NCBI GenBank assembly: GCA_951406725.2
Contig: OX597842.1
Location: 16,244,001-16,308,000, forward strand
From: Octopus vulgaris
Lineage: Eukaryota
DNA: 64,000 bases
Direction of reading: 5' to 3'
Of this stretch, positions 13,023-26,115 are shown one piece after another (position 1 is the stretch's first letter; each line of letters begins with the position of its first letter). The translations under genes and the position numbers were made by a program. Below the pieces are notes generated by a model. That model was given only the letters and a program-made list of their open reading frames with translations, was not told the DNA's origin and did no database searches.

Positions 13023-13571
13023 GGATGGAACATGGAATCACTCCGTCGGTTACGACGACGTGGGTTCCGGTTGATCCGAATCAACGGAACAGCTTGCTCG
13101 TGAAATTAATGTGTACGTGGCTGAGCATTCCATAGACACGTGTACCCTTAACGTAGTTCTCGGGGATATTCAGCGTGACACAGAGAGTGACAAGGCCGGC
13201 CCTTTGAAATACAGGTACAACAGAAACAGGAAGTAAGAGTGAGAGAAAGTTGTGGTGAAAGAGTACAGCAGGGATCACCACCATCCCCTGCCGGAGCCTC
13301 GTGGAGCTTTTAGGTGTTTTCGCTCAATATGGATGGAAGCACTCCGTCGGTTACGACGATGAGGGTTCCGGTACAACAGAAACAGGAATTAAGAGTGAGA
13401 GAAAGTTGTATTGAAAGATACAGCAGGGATCACCACCATCCCCTGCCGGAGCCTCGTGGAGCTTTTAGGTATTTTCGCTCAATAAACACTCACAACGCCC
13501 GGTCTGGGAATCGAAACCGCGATCCTATGACCGGGAGTCCGCTGCCCTAACCACTGGGCCATTCCGCCTCC
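13023..13571 (-). mobile_element. tRNA-derived SINE related to family C, with internal partial duplication
   Basis: Head GGAGGCGGAATGGCCCAGTGGTTAGGGCAGCGG...GGTTTCGATTCCC on the minus strand; 13212-13328 repeated at 13370-13482; related head at 41826-42133. Confidence 0.75.
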
Positions 13572-14412
13572 ACAACAGAATATTAAATATGATGTCTAAA
13601 CAATGTGATGACCAAACAAGCAACAAGCAAAATATTAAAAGGTCGGCAGAAATCGAGAATGCGAAATGTAAAATCCGATGAGGTGGGATGGAATCTGGAA
13701 GAAGTAAAAATAAGGACGAGTATAAAATAAGGGAAAAGATGAGGAGAATGAGGGAGAAATAAAATAATCGAATGAATTTAAAGAAGTGAAGGAATTGAAG
13801 AAGGAAAGAAGAAAAAATAAATAGGAGCAGAAGAAAAGGTAGAAGGAAATGGAAAAGAAGACAAAGAAAAAAAGAGGTGGAAAAAGAGACAAAGAAGGAG
13901 AACAAGAACATGGTGTAGAAAATGAAGAAGACGAAGAAGCAGAAGGAGAAAAAGGAAAGGAAGACGAAGAAGCAGAAAAGGAAGGAGGAGGTAGGGGGAG
14001 ATGAAAATAATAAAAGGGAATATGAAGTTGAAGAAGAAGAAGAAGAAGAAAAAGAAAAAAGAAGAAGAAAAAGAAGAAGAAGAAGAAAAGGAAGGAGAAG
14101 GTGGAGAAAGATGAAAATAATGAAACAAGATGAAGTTGAAGAAGGATAAGAATTATAAGACGAAGAAGAAGGAGAAGAAGCAAACAAAAAAGAAGAAGAA
14201 GAAGAAAAAGAAAAAAGAAGAAGAAGAAGAAGAAGTTAATGATACGTTTTTTTTGTAGTTAGTCGAGAAGAATTTTAGGAAGAGAAAGAATAATTAGAAA
14301 ACAATCAGAAAGAAGAAAAGGAGGAAAAGTGAGAAAGAAGGATATAGAGATTATTTACAACGAAGATAACGGGGAGAGAGGGAGAAATCTGAAAAGGGGG
14401 GAAGAGCATAAG

Positions 14413-14487
14413 AGTAGTAGTAGTAGTAGTAGTAGTAGTAGCAGTAGGAGGCGGAGTAGCAGTAGTAGTAGTAGCAGCAGTAGTAGC

Positions 14488-14549
<62 letters not shown>

Positions 14550-14598
14550 CAGCAGTAGTAGTAGTAGTAGTAGTAGCAGTAGTAGTAGTAGTAGTAGC

Positions 14599-14637
<39 letters not shown>

Positions 14638-14735
14638 TTGTAGTAGTAATAGTAGTAGTAGTAGTATTAGTAGTAGTAGCAGTAGTAGTAGTAGTTGTTG
14701 TTGCTGTTGTTGTTGTTGTAGTAGTTGTAGTAGTA
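14413..14735 (+). repeat. (AGT)n microsatellite
   Basis: Directly visible. Confidence 0.95.
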
Positions 14736-14754
14736 AGGGAAAAAGTGTTTGAGT

Positions 14755-16280
14755 TGTTGTGGTGAGAGTTGCGACGCCCCCTTGCGAGAGATAGACTGGT
14801 GCAAGTAAAGTATGAATAGTAACGATCCGAGTGAGTTCAGTGTCCGGAGTTTGGAGTCGAGTAAAGTTCGTGTTAGCTCGCAGTGAAGTCGTAGGATGTC
14901 GGTTGGTTAATTCACAAGGAATATTGATCGTTGCTTCGTAAAGAGATTCGTTAGTTCGATACGTTGTCGTTACTGTAGTTTGGTGATCTTATTTATTGTA
15001 TAGCCTCGGCTGGCCCCCGTGCCGGTGACACGTAAAAGCACCGTCCGTTCGTGGCCGTTTGTCAGCTCTGTCTGGCCCCGTGTCGGTGGCACGTAAAAGC
15101 ACCATCCGTCCGTGGCCGTTGTGCCAGCTCTGTCTGGCACCTGTGCAGGTGGCACGTAAAAAACACCCACTACACTCGCGGAGTGGTTGGCGTTAGGAAG
15201 GGCATCCAGCCGTAGAAACACTGCCAAATCTGACTGGGCCTGATGAAGCCTTCCGGCTTCACAGACCCCAGTTAAACCGTCCAACCCATGCTAGCATGGA
15301 AAACGGACGCTAAATGATGATGATGAACAATTAAGTTATATTGTCTGGCGACGAGCCTTTCGAGGGTCACGTAAGTTGTTTAACAGATATTTTTGTGATA
15401 CAACTTGTTAAATAAGGGAGGACCTGCTAGCTTCCATAGTACAGTTGCAAATGCAAGAATAGGAGAAATAACAAGAGTAGCAGAAGCAACAACAACAATT
15501 ATTGGAGCTATATTCAAAGAAGTCCCAAAACTACATAAGTTTGTTTTCGTCAGACGGCATTTTGAACTCGATTAACATAGAGGGGACAAACAAGGACAGA
15601 CATAGGTATTTAGTCGATTACATCGACCCCAGTGCGTAACTGGTACTTAATTTATCGACCCCGAATGTATGAAAGGTAAAGTCGACCTCGGCGGAATTTG
15701 AACTCACAACGTAACGGCAGACGAAATACCGCTAAGCATTTTGCCCGGTGCGCTAACGTGTCTGCAAACTCGCCGCCAAAGGAATTCAGTTATAACCCAG
15801 TGAAGGAGATAACAATTGCTTCGTATTACAGAAGACACGAGGAGAGTTTTAAGCAAGATTGCAAATCATGTTCAGATGAACAAAAAGTGAGATTGTTATT
15901 TCGAAATTATCTCTGTTAGAGCACGAAAGTTCCTGGAATTCTATGTTGCCCGATTCCAATGAAATTCGTTTTAAATAAAAAATAGATTTACTGTCTAACA
16001 TATTCAGAGATAAAACTTCTCTATTTAACACTCAAATGAAGTGTTGGAATATAACGAAAAAAGAGAATGATGATTTTTATGACATACGCAAGAACAGTCA
16101 ACATGAGGTGTGAAAGATTTTAACTCAAAGAACTTACACCTGAGATGTTCAAATGGCTTACTTTCGTACAAGGCCTTACAGCAAGCAAAGATGCAGAGAT
16201 TCGGGTTGGAATTCGTTCTAAATTGGAACAAGAAAACTAAGATCTAACCTTAGAGTAGGTGGTAGGAGAATGCCAAATGA
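14755..16280 (+). mobile_element. Degenerate Gypsy-like LTR retrotransposon (LTR, PBS, gag remnant), interrupted by SINEs
   Basis: TGTTGTG-starting LTR-like segment similar to 17449-17720; TGGCGACGAG PBS-like motif at about 15346; gag-like remnant EFSYNP..ITIASYYRRHEE.F..DC...DEQKVRLL and FKWLTFVQGL...DAEIR. Confidence 0.65.
15003..15325 (+). mobile_element. SINE/RTE-related 3' tail with tandem GTGCCGGTGGCACGTAAAAGCACC subrepeats
   Basis: GGTTGGCGTTAGGAAGGGCATCCAGCCGTAG motif and (TGA)n tail. Confidence 0.6.
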
Positions 16281-16485
16281 GGGTACGCAACCAGTACTTA
16301 ATATTTTGACACCGAAAATATGAAAGGCAAAATCGACCTCGGCAGAATTTGAACTCAGAACATAAAAACAGAACGTAAAAAACAGACGCTATACATTTCG
16401 CACGGTATGCTATCGTTTCTGCCAGCTCGCCCTATTTGTAGTAATATATTGTCAATGAAGTATTATCAGGACTTATCCAACTTAA

Positions 16486-16558
16486 TGATATCCTAAACTG
16501 GGCAGGTCATCGATGGTTCCTACCTGAATTTTGTCGGGTATTATTTTCATTCAAATGA
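16486..16558 (-). pseudogene. Dead LRR pseudo-exon (73 nt): HLNENN/+1 frameshift/DKIQVGTIDDLPSLGY
   Basis: Homologous to LRR exons 2 and 7. CAG acceptor intact, one extra nucleotide, donor reads TTAAGTT instead of GTAAGTT. Confidence 0.8.
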
Positions 16559-16799
16559 CTGTAATATAAAATTTTAATTGACAAGTGTAGTAGAATTATT
16601 CCGTCCACACCCTAGCCCCAAAGTGACGAAAGTGGACTGAAAAATTTCTGTTAAATGGACAATTGTCGAATCGTCAGAAATTAGTTGTGAGCAATTGTTT
16701 GGAATACATTTCGCTGTGAGCTCTACACAGAGATCGTTTAACCGTGTGTAACTTCTGTAATTATAATCAAAGTGCGTCGGATGAATACATCTAGGATTT

Positions 16800-17735
16800 T
16801 AAAATGGCGTCGATTTGTTCGAAGCTTGCGCTGGACGTTTAGAATGTCTTTTTGCAATATCAAAGAAAAAAATATTATCATGATCTAGCAACTAAAATAA
16901 CAAGAAAAACAAAGGCAACAACAACAACAAAGCCAATAGTTGGAATTAATGTTGAAGAGGTCGGGAAATACTCCATGGTTTTACTCGCCTGATATGTAGG
17001 AAATTCAATTGATGAACTCAGTTATAATCTAGAAGAATCAATTACTTTCTCCGCATCATTTCTCAGATACGAAGAAATCTTCAAAGAAAGATGTAAAATT
17101 GGTCTTACGGGAAAGAGTACGACTTCTTTTAAGCAAGTTATTCCCTGCCTTGCCAAACACGAAAAATATAATAACTATATTATGTCGAAGAAAGCAAGTG
17201 GGACTTGATTCGAGGAAACAATTCATTTTTATAGAAAATTTTCTCTGAAAGAAGTTCCCTGTTCAATACTCGCTGACAGTATTTAAATTTGGTTAAAAAC
17301 GATGATAAGGATTTTGTCAACGATGCTGAGGTCGTTAACAGAGAGTGTGGTGAAAATTTCGAATTAAATGAATTAACCCCGGACATGTTCAAATGTCTAA
17401 TTTTTGTTCAAGCGCTAACAAGCAAGGATGCAGATGTAAGTTCCCGGATGTTGTGATGCGAGTTACTACACCCTCTTACGAAAAATAGACTGGACTGAGC
17501 AATTATAAATAGTAGCAGTCGGAGTGAAGTTTGTGTGTCAGTTCGCAGTAAAGTCAGAGGTTTGGTAGCTTAGTACCTTTGGAATATTGATTGTTGGTTC
17601 GTGAAGAGATTGTTAATTTGTTATGTTGTTATTACGACTGCATCGTTATCTTGTTTACTGTTGAAGCACTGGTATAGTGTATCTAAACCATCCACCACAA
17701 TATCGTATCGATATCACGACATTTGCTGACGGAGG
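16800..17735 (+). mobile_element. Second degenerate Gypsy-like gag remnant plus LTR
   Basis: ELSYNLEESITFSA.F.RYEEIF and ELTPDMFKCLIFVQALTSKDADV are paralogous to the 15.8-16.2 kb remnant; LTR-like 17449-17720. Confidence 0.6.
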
Positions 17736-18937
17736 ATACAACATCCGGCCATGAGTAACTACGTTACAGCACCGGATATTAATAAAATAAGAACAGAACG
17801 AAACAATTAACTCTACAGGCAGTAGCAGAAGAATGACAGAGGATTGCAAATTTAAGACAATGTACAGATAAAATTGGAAAGATTGCTCGTATATTCATGC
17901 GTAACCGATAAGATAAAAGACTTTTAGCAGTTAAGATAACAGAAACAAAAAACAATGTCATGACTGAATCCATACAATTGATGCGGACTCTCCGTTTTAA
18001 AGTCTAAAATGTTTTGACTGGAAAAATCGGACAAAAATCTCAAATTGTAGAGCAAAAGAAAATGGTGGAACGAAGGAAATTTTGGCAAGAGTGTATTGTG
18101 AAAAGAAATCCGAGGTGAGCCTCATAAACGAAATTATTTTCAGAAAAATGAATAATTTGGCTCATAATTTGCATACGAGTAATGATATTACGATAATTAA
18201 TGCAGATACATGGAGAAAATAAGAAAGCCCAGATTAAAGGAAACTTCGAAAATTGAACGTGGTGTTCCAAGAAAGATATCATCGCATTTTATGGGCAAAA
18301 TGGTAAGTAATTGAACAGACGAAGTAGGAGGAGGAGGAGGAGAAAGAGAAGAAGAAGAAGAAGAAGAAGAAGAAGAAGAAGAAGAAGAAGAAGAAGAAGA
18401 AAAAGAAGAAGATGAAGAAGAAGAAGAAGAAAGAGAAGAAGAAAGCGAAGAAGAAGAAAAAAGAAGAAGAAGAAAAAGAAGAAAAGAAAAAGGAAAGGAA
18501 AATGTAAAAGAAGGAAAATTGATAAATGTTGTTAAATATAAAAACATTAATATTAATAACGAACTCTTAAACATGCAATTAGAAGGGGGAGTCATGGATG
18601 GTAATCAACGTTGATATAGAAATAAACACATTAAATGTCATACAGATGGAAACACAAACACAAATCGATACACCCCTATAGATTCGCTCATACAAAAAGA
18701 GATGCATATATGTATTCACGCAGATAGGGAAAATGTTGTACATGTCGATACACATCTATATTCGGACACACTCACAGACATTCATATTTACAGACATTCA
18801 CAAACAATCACACATTTCTAAGGAGATTGAGAATGTAAAGAGAAGCAAGGATGGCACGCGGTACAAAATGGGAAAATATCAAATATTTGGTAATACATTG
18901 TCAATGAAATATAATGAGTAAAACTTAGTTAACTTAC

Positions 18938-19009
18938 AGAGCTCTTAAACTGAGCAAATCATCGAAAGTTCCTACTTGAATGGTTTCGATATCATTTTCA
19001 TTCAAATAT
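18938..19009 (-). CDS. LRR exon 7 (72 nt): YLNENDIETIQVGTFDDLLSLRAL
   Basis: TAG/GTAAGT boundaries, phase 2-2, LRR consensus. Confidence 0.9.
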
Positions 19010-19507
19010 CTATAACATAAAATATTAGTTGATATGATTACATAGAGAGCAGACCTACATATATACATAAACACGTTTTCATTTAACATTTCCTCCCAAT
19101 TGCTGTACACTCATAGATCCGAAATCTCAGGAATGGGACCTCGCTCGTATTCAGAGACGTTCACATACAATTCTATAGAAAATATTCGTGATAGGATTTT
19201 TGCTCAACAATTAGATGATGGAAGGGTTGAAAATTAGAAAAATGATGATGATTAGTTTCATGATGATGGTGGTGACGATGATGAAGTTGATGATGTTGAT
19301 GCTGCTGCTGCTGATGATGATGATGAGGACGATAATGAAAAGGAAGTGGTAGAGCTGGTGGAGCACGTTGTGATTGTGGTGGTGATGAATAAGGGGATGA
19401 GGCAGAGGAAAAGAATAAATGGTTGTAGTCTTGATGACGAAGATATTGTGATGCTGATGAGGAATGGGGAGAGCGGAAAAGAAGAAGAACAAGAAGAAGA
19501 AGAAGAA

Positions 19508-19547
<40 letters not shown>

Positions 19548-19967
19548 GTGATGATGATCATGATGATGATGATGGTGATAATGATGAAGATGATGATGTA
19601 ATGAAAGCTAAAGAAAAAGTAGACATAGAAGTCGAAGAAAAAGGAGAATGAAGAGACTAAGAATAAGAAAAAGAAGCACTACTATTACTACTACTACTAA
19701 TACTACTGCTACTACTACTACTAATACTACTAGTAATTGTAGTTGTAGTAGTAAGCATATTAGTAGTAGTAATTCTAGTACTAGCATTAGTAGTAGTATT
19801 ATTAGTAGTAGCAGCAGCTATTGCTTTGTTTTGTATCTATCAATCTATCTGTCTGTGTGTCTGTGTGTCTGTGTGTCTGTCTGTCTATCTATCTATCCAA
19901 CCATCCATCCATCCATCCATCTATCTCTCTCTCTCTCTATATATATATATTTGTATATATATATATT

Positions 19968-20075
<108 letters not shown>

Positions 20076-20251
20076 TGCTATACGTGCTTGCCTTCATTTA
20101 TCACACTCTCACCAATATTCACTTTGGCGAGAAACTGTTAAAAAATGTAAAGGTGAGTGAGGGAGATTAAAATGAAGGCTGTCAACTCATTACGTATTTA
20201 GCAATATATCGTCAATGAAGTTATATAAAAAAAAAGGATTATTTAACTTAC

Positions 20252-20323
20252 AGCTCTGTTAAACTGGAAAGATTTCGGAATGTTTCTACTTTGATTTCTT
20301 TGATCGAATTACCACTCAAATAC
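20252..20323 (-). CDS. LRR exon 6 (72 nt): YLSGNSIKEIKVETFRNLSSLTEL
   Basis: CAG/GTAAGT boundaries, phase 2-2, LRR consensus. Confidence 0.9.
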
Positions 20324-21191
20324 CTGTGAAGTAAAATTGAGTCAAGTAGAATTTGTAACGAAATTAGTATTGATGAAGAAACGAAAAGAATTCAGGAGAA
20401 ACGTGATCTGAAGGAAATTTGAGACGACAGACTGAAAAAAGTTTGAAGCTTGGAAAGAGATGGTGAATGAAAAGGAGGAGGATGAAAAGAAGATTGAAAA
20501 GACGTAGAAGGGAAGGTGGGGTTGGGGATGAAGGAGGAGAAAGAGAAGAAGCCCCAGGAAAATAAACAGACAGAAGGACAATAATGGAAACAAGAAGTAA
20601 AAAATTGGCTGGTCGGTTGGAAAGGGGAGTGTGAGATGTAAAAGACGATGAAGTGGGGTAAAATGTGAAAGAAGCTGAAAGTAAGAAGGATGCGTAGAAC
20701 ATAAAGAATAAGCTGACAGTAATGAAACAGACGTAAGGTAAATAGCAGAAGTGAAAGAAGTGAAAGAAAAATTAAAGAAGGAATCGAGGAAAAGGGAAGA
20801 AGGGAAAGAAAAAGCGGAAGAAAATGTAGAAAAGTAGGAGAGGAAAAGGAAAAAAGAACAACAGCTATAAGAGATGAGAGAAAAGAAGACGAGGAAAAAG
20901 AAGAGGTAGTAGAAGATAAAGAAGAAAAGTAAGAAGAAGAAGAAGAAAGAAGAAGAAGAAGAAAGAAGAAAAAGCTAAGTTTGACTTTTTATCGTTTCAC
21001 TATTTCATTTGAATTTTGAATAGTTGTGTGTTTCAAATTATTATTATTATTGTTGATATTATTATTGCTTCTTGTAATATTAATACTTATTTATAGTTTC
21101 TTGATGGTATTTTTTACGTCCGACGTTTAATTGTTATAAAAGATTTTACCGTTTTCCATATTATTTTATTTGAGAATTAATGATGTTACAC

Positions 21192-21246
<55 letters not shown>

Positions 21247-21251
21247 ACATG

Positions 21252-21329
<78 letters not shown>

Positions 21330-21683
21330 CATATATATATATACACATATATACATATACATATATATATATATATACATTTATATATATATACATATAT
21401 ATCTATATATATGTATATATATGTTGTGTGTGTGTGTTTGTCTGTGTGTCTGTGTTTGTCCCCCCCAACATCGCTTGACAACCGATGCTGGTGTGTTTAC
21501 ATCCCGAAACCTAGCGGTTCGGCAAAAGAGACCGATAGAATAGTAGTAGGCTTACAAAGAATAAGTCCTAGGATCGATTTGCTCGACTAAAAAGTGGTGC
21601 TCCAGCATAGCCACAGTCAAATGACTAAAACAACAAGTAAAAGAGTAAAAGAGTGAAAGAGAAATCTTATGCACAAGACTTAC

Positions 21684-21755
21684 AGAAAACTTAACCCGGG
21701 AAAATCATCGAAAGTTCCAACTGGAATTGTCTTGATATTATTTTTCATCAAATCT
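21684..21755 (-). CDS. LRR exon 5 (72 nt): DLMKNNIKTIPVGTFDDFPGLSFL
   Basis: CAG/GTAAGT boundaries, CTAAC branch point, phase 2-2, LRR consensus. Confidence 0.9.
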
Positions 21756-21859
21756 CTGTAATATAAAAGGTTAGTTTATATGATTTCGTAGGGAAAAATT
21801 TTATTGTAAAACATTATTATCAGTGAAATATTCATAAAATAGAATGTAAGATGATAAAC

Positions 21860-22175
21860 TGTGTCTAGGGAGAGTCATTTTCTTTTTGTGCATTATAATC
21901 TAACACACTCACCGGTAAAATTTCCACTTATTTCTTATTTTTATTTTCCTAAAAATTCTTTGTTGCGTCTTGCAAAAATTTCAATAGTCTTGAAAAGGTA
22001 GCAAGATTCAAAGAAAATTTTAGGAAAATAAAAATAAGAAATACGTGAAATTTTACCGGTGAGTGTGTTACATTATAAGGCAAAAAACAAAATGACTCTC
22101 CCCAGACACAACGGAATATGTTTCAACACACAAACTCATATAAAGAATCTTGCAAACCAAATCCAAAAACGAAAT
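21860..22175. mobile_element. Palindromic fold-back repeat (hairpin 21860-22110, arms about 105-110 bp) plus tail
   Basis: The two arms are reverse complements; same family as 7495-7707. Confidence 0.8.
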
Positions 22176-22534
22176 GATGAGAACTGTTTCTCATAAACTG
22201 GAAAATACTGAAGAAAAATTGATGTAGGAGAAAAAAGTAGATGATAATGATGATGATAATATGAAGAATGAGAATATGAAGCCGGAGGGAAGGATGGTGA
22301 TGGAAGTGGTCGTAGTGGTGTGGGTGAATATATGGAAGTGGCTGTGGATAAGAGAATAGTGGTAGGGTTGATGATGCTAATGCCGCTGCTGGTGATGACC
22401 ATGAAGTTTGTGGTAACGATGCTGATGACGATAATTCTGGCAATGATGATGATGATGATGGTGAGAATGAAAACGATGATGTTTTTTTTTAATAAAAATG
22501 AAAAGAAAAAAATAAGACTTCAAAACTTTAGTGT

Positions 22535-23415
22535 GAATGAATTCTAGCTGACGGACTGAAACATGATTATAGTATAGTATCATATTTATCCTACTTTATA
22601 TTGAATAATATGTCGTCTATTTACATTTTATGCATGCTAGGCCACTGGTAGTGAAATTTGTAAAACTTTACTACCCTATATAAATATCTAAGTATCGATA
22701 TTAGCTTTCCAAAGTTCGTTTCGGCATTTTTCATTTTCTGCCGAGGAAGACAAAGAAGAAGAAGGAGAAGGAGGAGGAGAAGAAGAAGAAGGAGGAGGAG
22801 GAGAAGGAGGAGAAGAAGACGGAGGAGGAGGAGGAGAACAAGAAGAAGGAGAATGAGGAGGAGAAGAAGAAGAAGAAGAAGAAGAAGAAGAAGAAGAACA
22901 AGAACAAGAACAAGAAGAAGAAGAATATGGTGATGGCAATGATAATGCGAATGAAGACCTAAGTTATTGCGATGGCCTCAAGGAAGAGTGGACAAAGTAG
23001 AAGAATAGGAGAGCAAAAACAACAAAAACAAAAATGAAATTTTTGTTTTTGTCTGAATTTTTGTCTAATTTTTTGTTTTATTGGCGTCTGAATTATCTGG
23101 GGCTAAATATACAGCTACAAGCGTTATTCAAGGATGTTATTTAGTGTTTATGTAGATTAAATTGATGTTTGGGTAGACATTACAGAATTAGAAAGATATC
23201 GTCAATGAAATTTATATAAAATAAGATTGTTTCAACTTACAGAGTTTTTAAACTGGAAAGATTTTGAAAGGCTTCCTCATTGATTTCCAGGATATCGTTA
23301 CTACTCAAATCCCTGCAATATGAAACAGTATTAAGAAGAAAATTTATGGAACAAAGAAGGGGAAGGGAAGAAGAAGAAAAGTAGAAGAAAAAGAGAGGGG
23401 AAGGGAGGAGAAGAA
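22535..23415 (+). repeat. Internally deleted tandem duplicate of 23516-27100
   Basis: 22535-22585 = 23516-23566; 22586-22744 = 23852-24010; 22745-23415 = about 26395-27100. Confidence 0.9.
23241..23312 (-). CDS. LRR exon 4 (72 nt): DLSSNDILEINEEAFQNLSSLKTL, identical to LRR exon 1
   Basis: CAG/GTAAGT boundaries; nucleotide sequence identical to 26927-26998, inside a duplicated block. Confidence 0.85.
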
Positions 23416-23607
23416 AATAAAGAGAAAAGAAGAAAAAGAAGAAAATAAATAAGAAGAAGAAGGAAAAGAAAAAGAAAAAGAAGGAGGAGGAGGAGAAGGA
23501 TAAGAAGAAGAAGAAGAATGAATTCTAGTTGACGGACTGAAACATGATTATAGTATAGTATCATATCGTCAATGAAGTAATATAAAAAAAAGTATTCTCC
23601 AACTCAC

Positions 23608-23679
23608 AGCTGTATTAAAGTGGAAAGATTTCGGAATGTTTCTACTTTGATTTCTTTGATTTTATTACCACGCAAATCC
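23608..23679 (-). CDS. LRR exon 3 (72 nt): DLRGNKIKEIKVETFRNLSTLIQL
   Basis: CAG/GTGAGT boundaries, phase 2-2, LRR consensus. Confidence 0.9.
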
Positions 23680-24031
23680 CTGTCAAAAATAATTGTTTTA
23701 AAAATAGAATTATAAGATGGCGATCATGAAGCAGAATTAAAACACGTAATAGTATTAACAGAACTGAAAGATAAATGAAAGGATTAAAGGAAGAAAATTA
23801 AAGGTGGAAAATAAATAGGTGCAAGAGGAAAGGTAGAAGAGATGGAGAATTTTATCCTACATTATATTGAATAATATGTTGTCTATTTACATTTTATGCA
23901 TTCTAGGCCACTGGTAGTGAAATTTGTAAAACTTTACTACCCTATAAAAATATCTAAGTATCGATATTAGCATTCCAAAGTTCGTTTCGGCATTTTTCAT
24001 TTTCTGCCGACTGAAATGTACTATAATTTAA

Positions 24032-24121
<90 letters not shown>

Positions 24122-25029
24122 ATAAAAATGTCTGTGTATTTGAAGTGGTGTCTCTCTCTCTTCCATAAAATGGAGCGAAAACGTGATGGATGACAATAAA
24201 GATGGCGGAGGAGAAGAAGGAGGGGAGGAAATGCAGAAGACAGAGAAAGAAGAAGAAGAAGAAAGAAAGAAAATAGTAGAAAGAGAAGGAGCAATAGGGG
24301 AAAGAAAATATGAAAATTGAGGACAAGAAGATGTCAAAGGCGAAGAAAAGAAGAAAACAAGAACAACAACAATTACACATTTCCCCCGATGTAATGGAAG
24401 AATGAGGAGGAGAAGAAGAAGCATGATGCCAAGAAGAAAACGATGAAGAGGGAGGAGAAGAAGATGATGAAGAAGAGTAAGTAGAAGGACAAGAAAACGA
24501 AGAAGATGATGACAAAAAACGGAAGAAGAAAAAGAAGACGTAGAAGAAAACGAAGAAGAATACGAAGAACAAGAACAACAAGAAGAATATGAAAAAGAAG
24601 AAAATAAAATGCAAGCCAAGGAAAAGAAAAAAGGGAAGAAAAAAGACAAAATAGAAGAAGAAGCTGTAGAAAATTAAGAAGATGAATTAGAAGTATGAAA
24701 ATAAAACGAATGATTTTAAGAGGAAGGAGAATAGTAGTAGTTAGAGGAGGAATAAGTGAAAGAAAGTACAAAATGGAGAAGTCAAAGGGGAGGAAGAGTG
24801 AGGGGGAAGAAAAGATGTCTAAAATACATTCATATTAATAACGTACTCCTGAAAAATGTAATTAGTAGGGAGAGTCATGGATGGTAATCACCGTTGTTTT
24901 AGAGATAAATGCAGTAAATAATATACAGATAGAAATCGAAACACAAACAGAAACGCTCTTATAGATTCGCTCATAAAAAAAACACATACACACACAGACA
25001 CACACACACACGTAATTCTGTATATACAC

Positions 25030-25235
25030 TTTTACTCTTTTACTTGTTTCAGTCATTTGACTGCGGCCATGCTGGAGCACCGCCTTTGGACGAGCAAATC
25101 GACCCCGGGACTTATTCTTTGTAAGCCCTGTACTTATTCTATCGGTCACTTTTGCCGAACCGCTAAGTGACAGGGACGTAAACACACCAGCATCGGTTGT
25201 CAAGCAATGCTAGAGGGACAAACACACACACACAA

Positions 25236-25290
<55 letters not shown>

Positions 25291-25457
25291 TACGACAGGC
25301 TTCTTTCAGTTTCCGTCTACCAAATCCACTCACAAGGCATTGGTCGGCCCGGGGCTATAGCAGAAGACAGTCGCCCAAGCTGCCACGCAGTGGGACTGAA
25401 CCCAGAACCATGTGGTTTGTTAGCAAGCTACTTAACACACAGCCACTCCTGCGCCTA
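25030..25457 (-). mobile_element. SINE family A, full length
   Basis: Homologous to the other family A copies. Further copies at about 9951-10128, 21445-21657, 28463-28900, 31758-32105, 45181-46268, 47565-47913, 50218-50681, 62078-62540. Confidence 0.85.
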
Positions 25458-25658
25458 TATACCAATACATTTATATTATGACACATTTGCAGACACTCTT
25501 ATTTGCAGGCATTCACAAGCAATCACACATTACTATCTGGGGTGATTGAGCATATAAGGAGAAACAAGGGAGGCACGCGACACAAAATGGGGAAATATAT
25601 TAAATACTTAGTAATATATTCCCAAAGAAATATTTTCAACAAGACTTAGGTAACTTAC

Positions 25659-25730
25659 AGATCTATTAAACTGGGAAGATCATCGAAAGTTCCTACTTGA
25701 ATTTTGTCGATATTATTTTTAGCCAAGAGT
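25659..25730 (-). CDS. LRR exon 2 (72 nt): LLAKNNIDKIQVGTFDDLPSLIDL
   Basis: CAG/GTAAGT boundaries, CTAAC branch point near the acceptor, phase 2-2, LRR consensus. Confidence 0.9.
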
Positions 25731-25868
25731 CTGTAATATAAAATGTTAGTTGATAGGGTTATGGAGAGAGGATTATTGTAAAATATTATGATTAGCGAAT
25801 GTTTATAAAATACAATGTAAGATGACGAGAAGTGTTTTCTGATGAACTATAAAATACTGTTAGAAAAT

Positions 25869-25899
<31 letters not shown>

Positions 25900-26034
25900 T
25901 AGTGAAGAACCACCATATAGCAATTCAACAATGATATAATTAAATCATACCATATAGAGAAATATGATACGACAAAACATTTAACTAGAACTAAATAAGG
26001 TACGAAATAACAAATAGATAGTACATAGTAAATA

Positions 26035-26115
26035 GACTACACGTGTGTCGTAGCAATATTTTCAAACCGATAACAGTAAAATCAATTCAATTTAAATATA
26101 GTCACTCATCAGGTC
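26035..26115 (-). ncRNA. Degenerate type I hammerhead ribozyme motif (Penelope-type)
   Basis: gac-CTGATGA-gt...ac-GACA-cacgtg-TA-gtc; the conserved GAAA reads GACA, so probably inactive. Confidence 0.45.

Noticed and set aside
15010-15170. Spaced short direct repeats resembling a CRISPR array
   Set aside because: Eukaryotic context, the spacers are themselves similar, no cas genes; internal subrepeats of a SINE.
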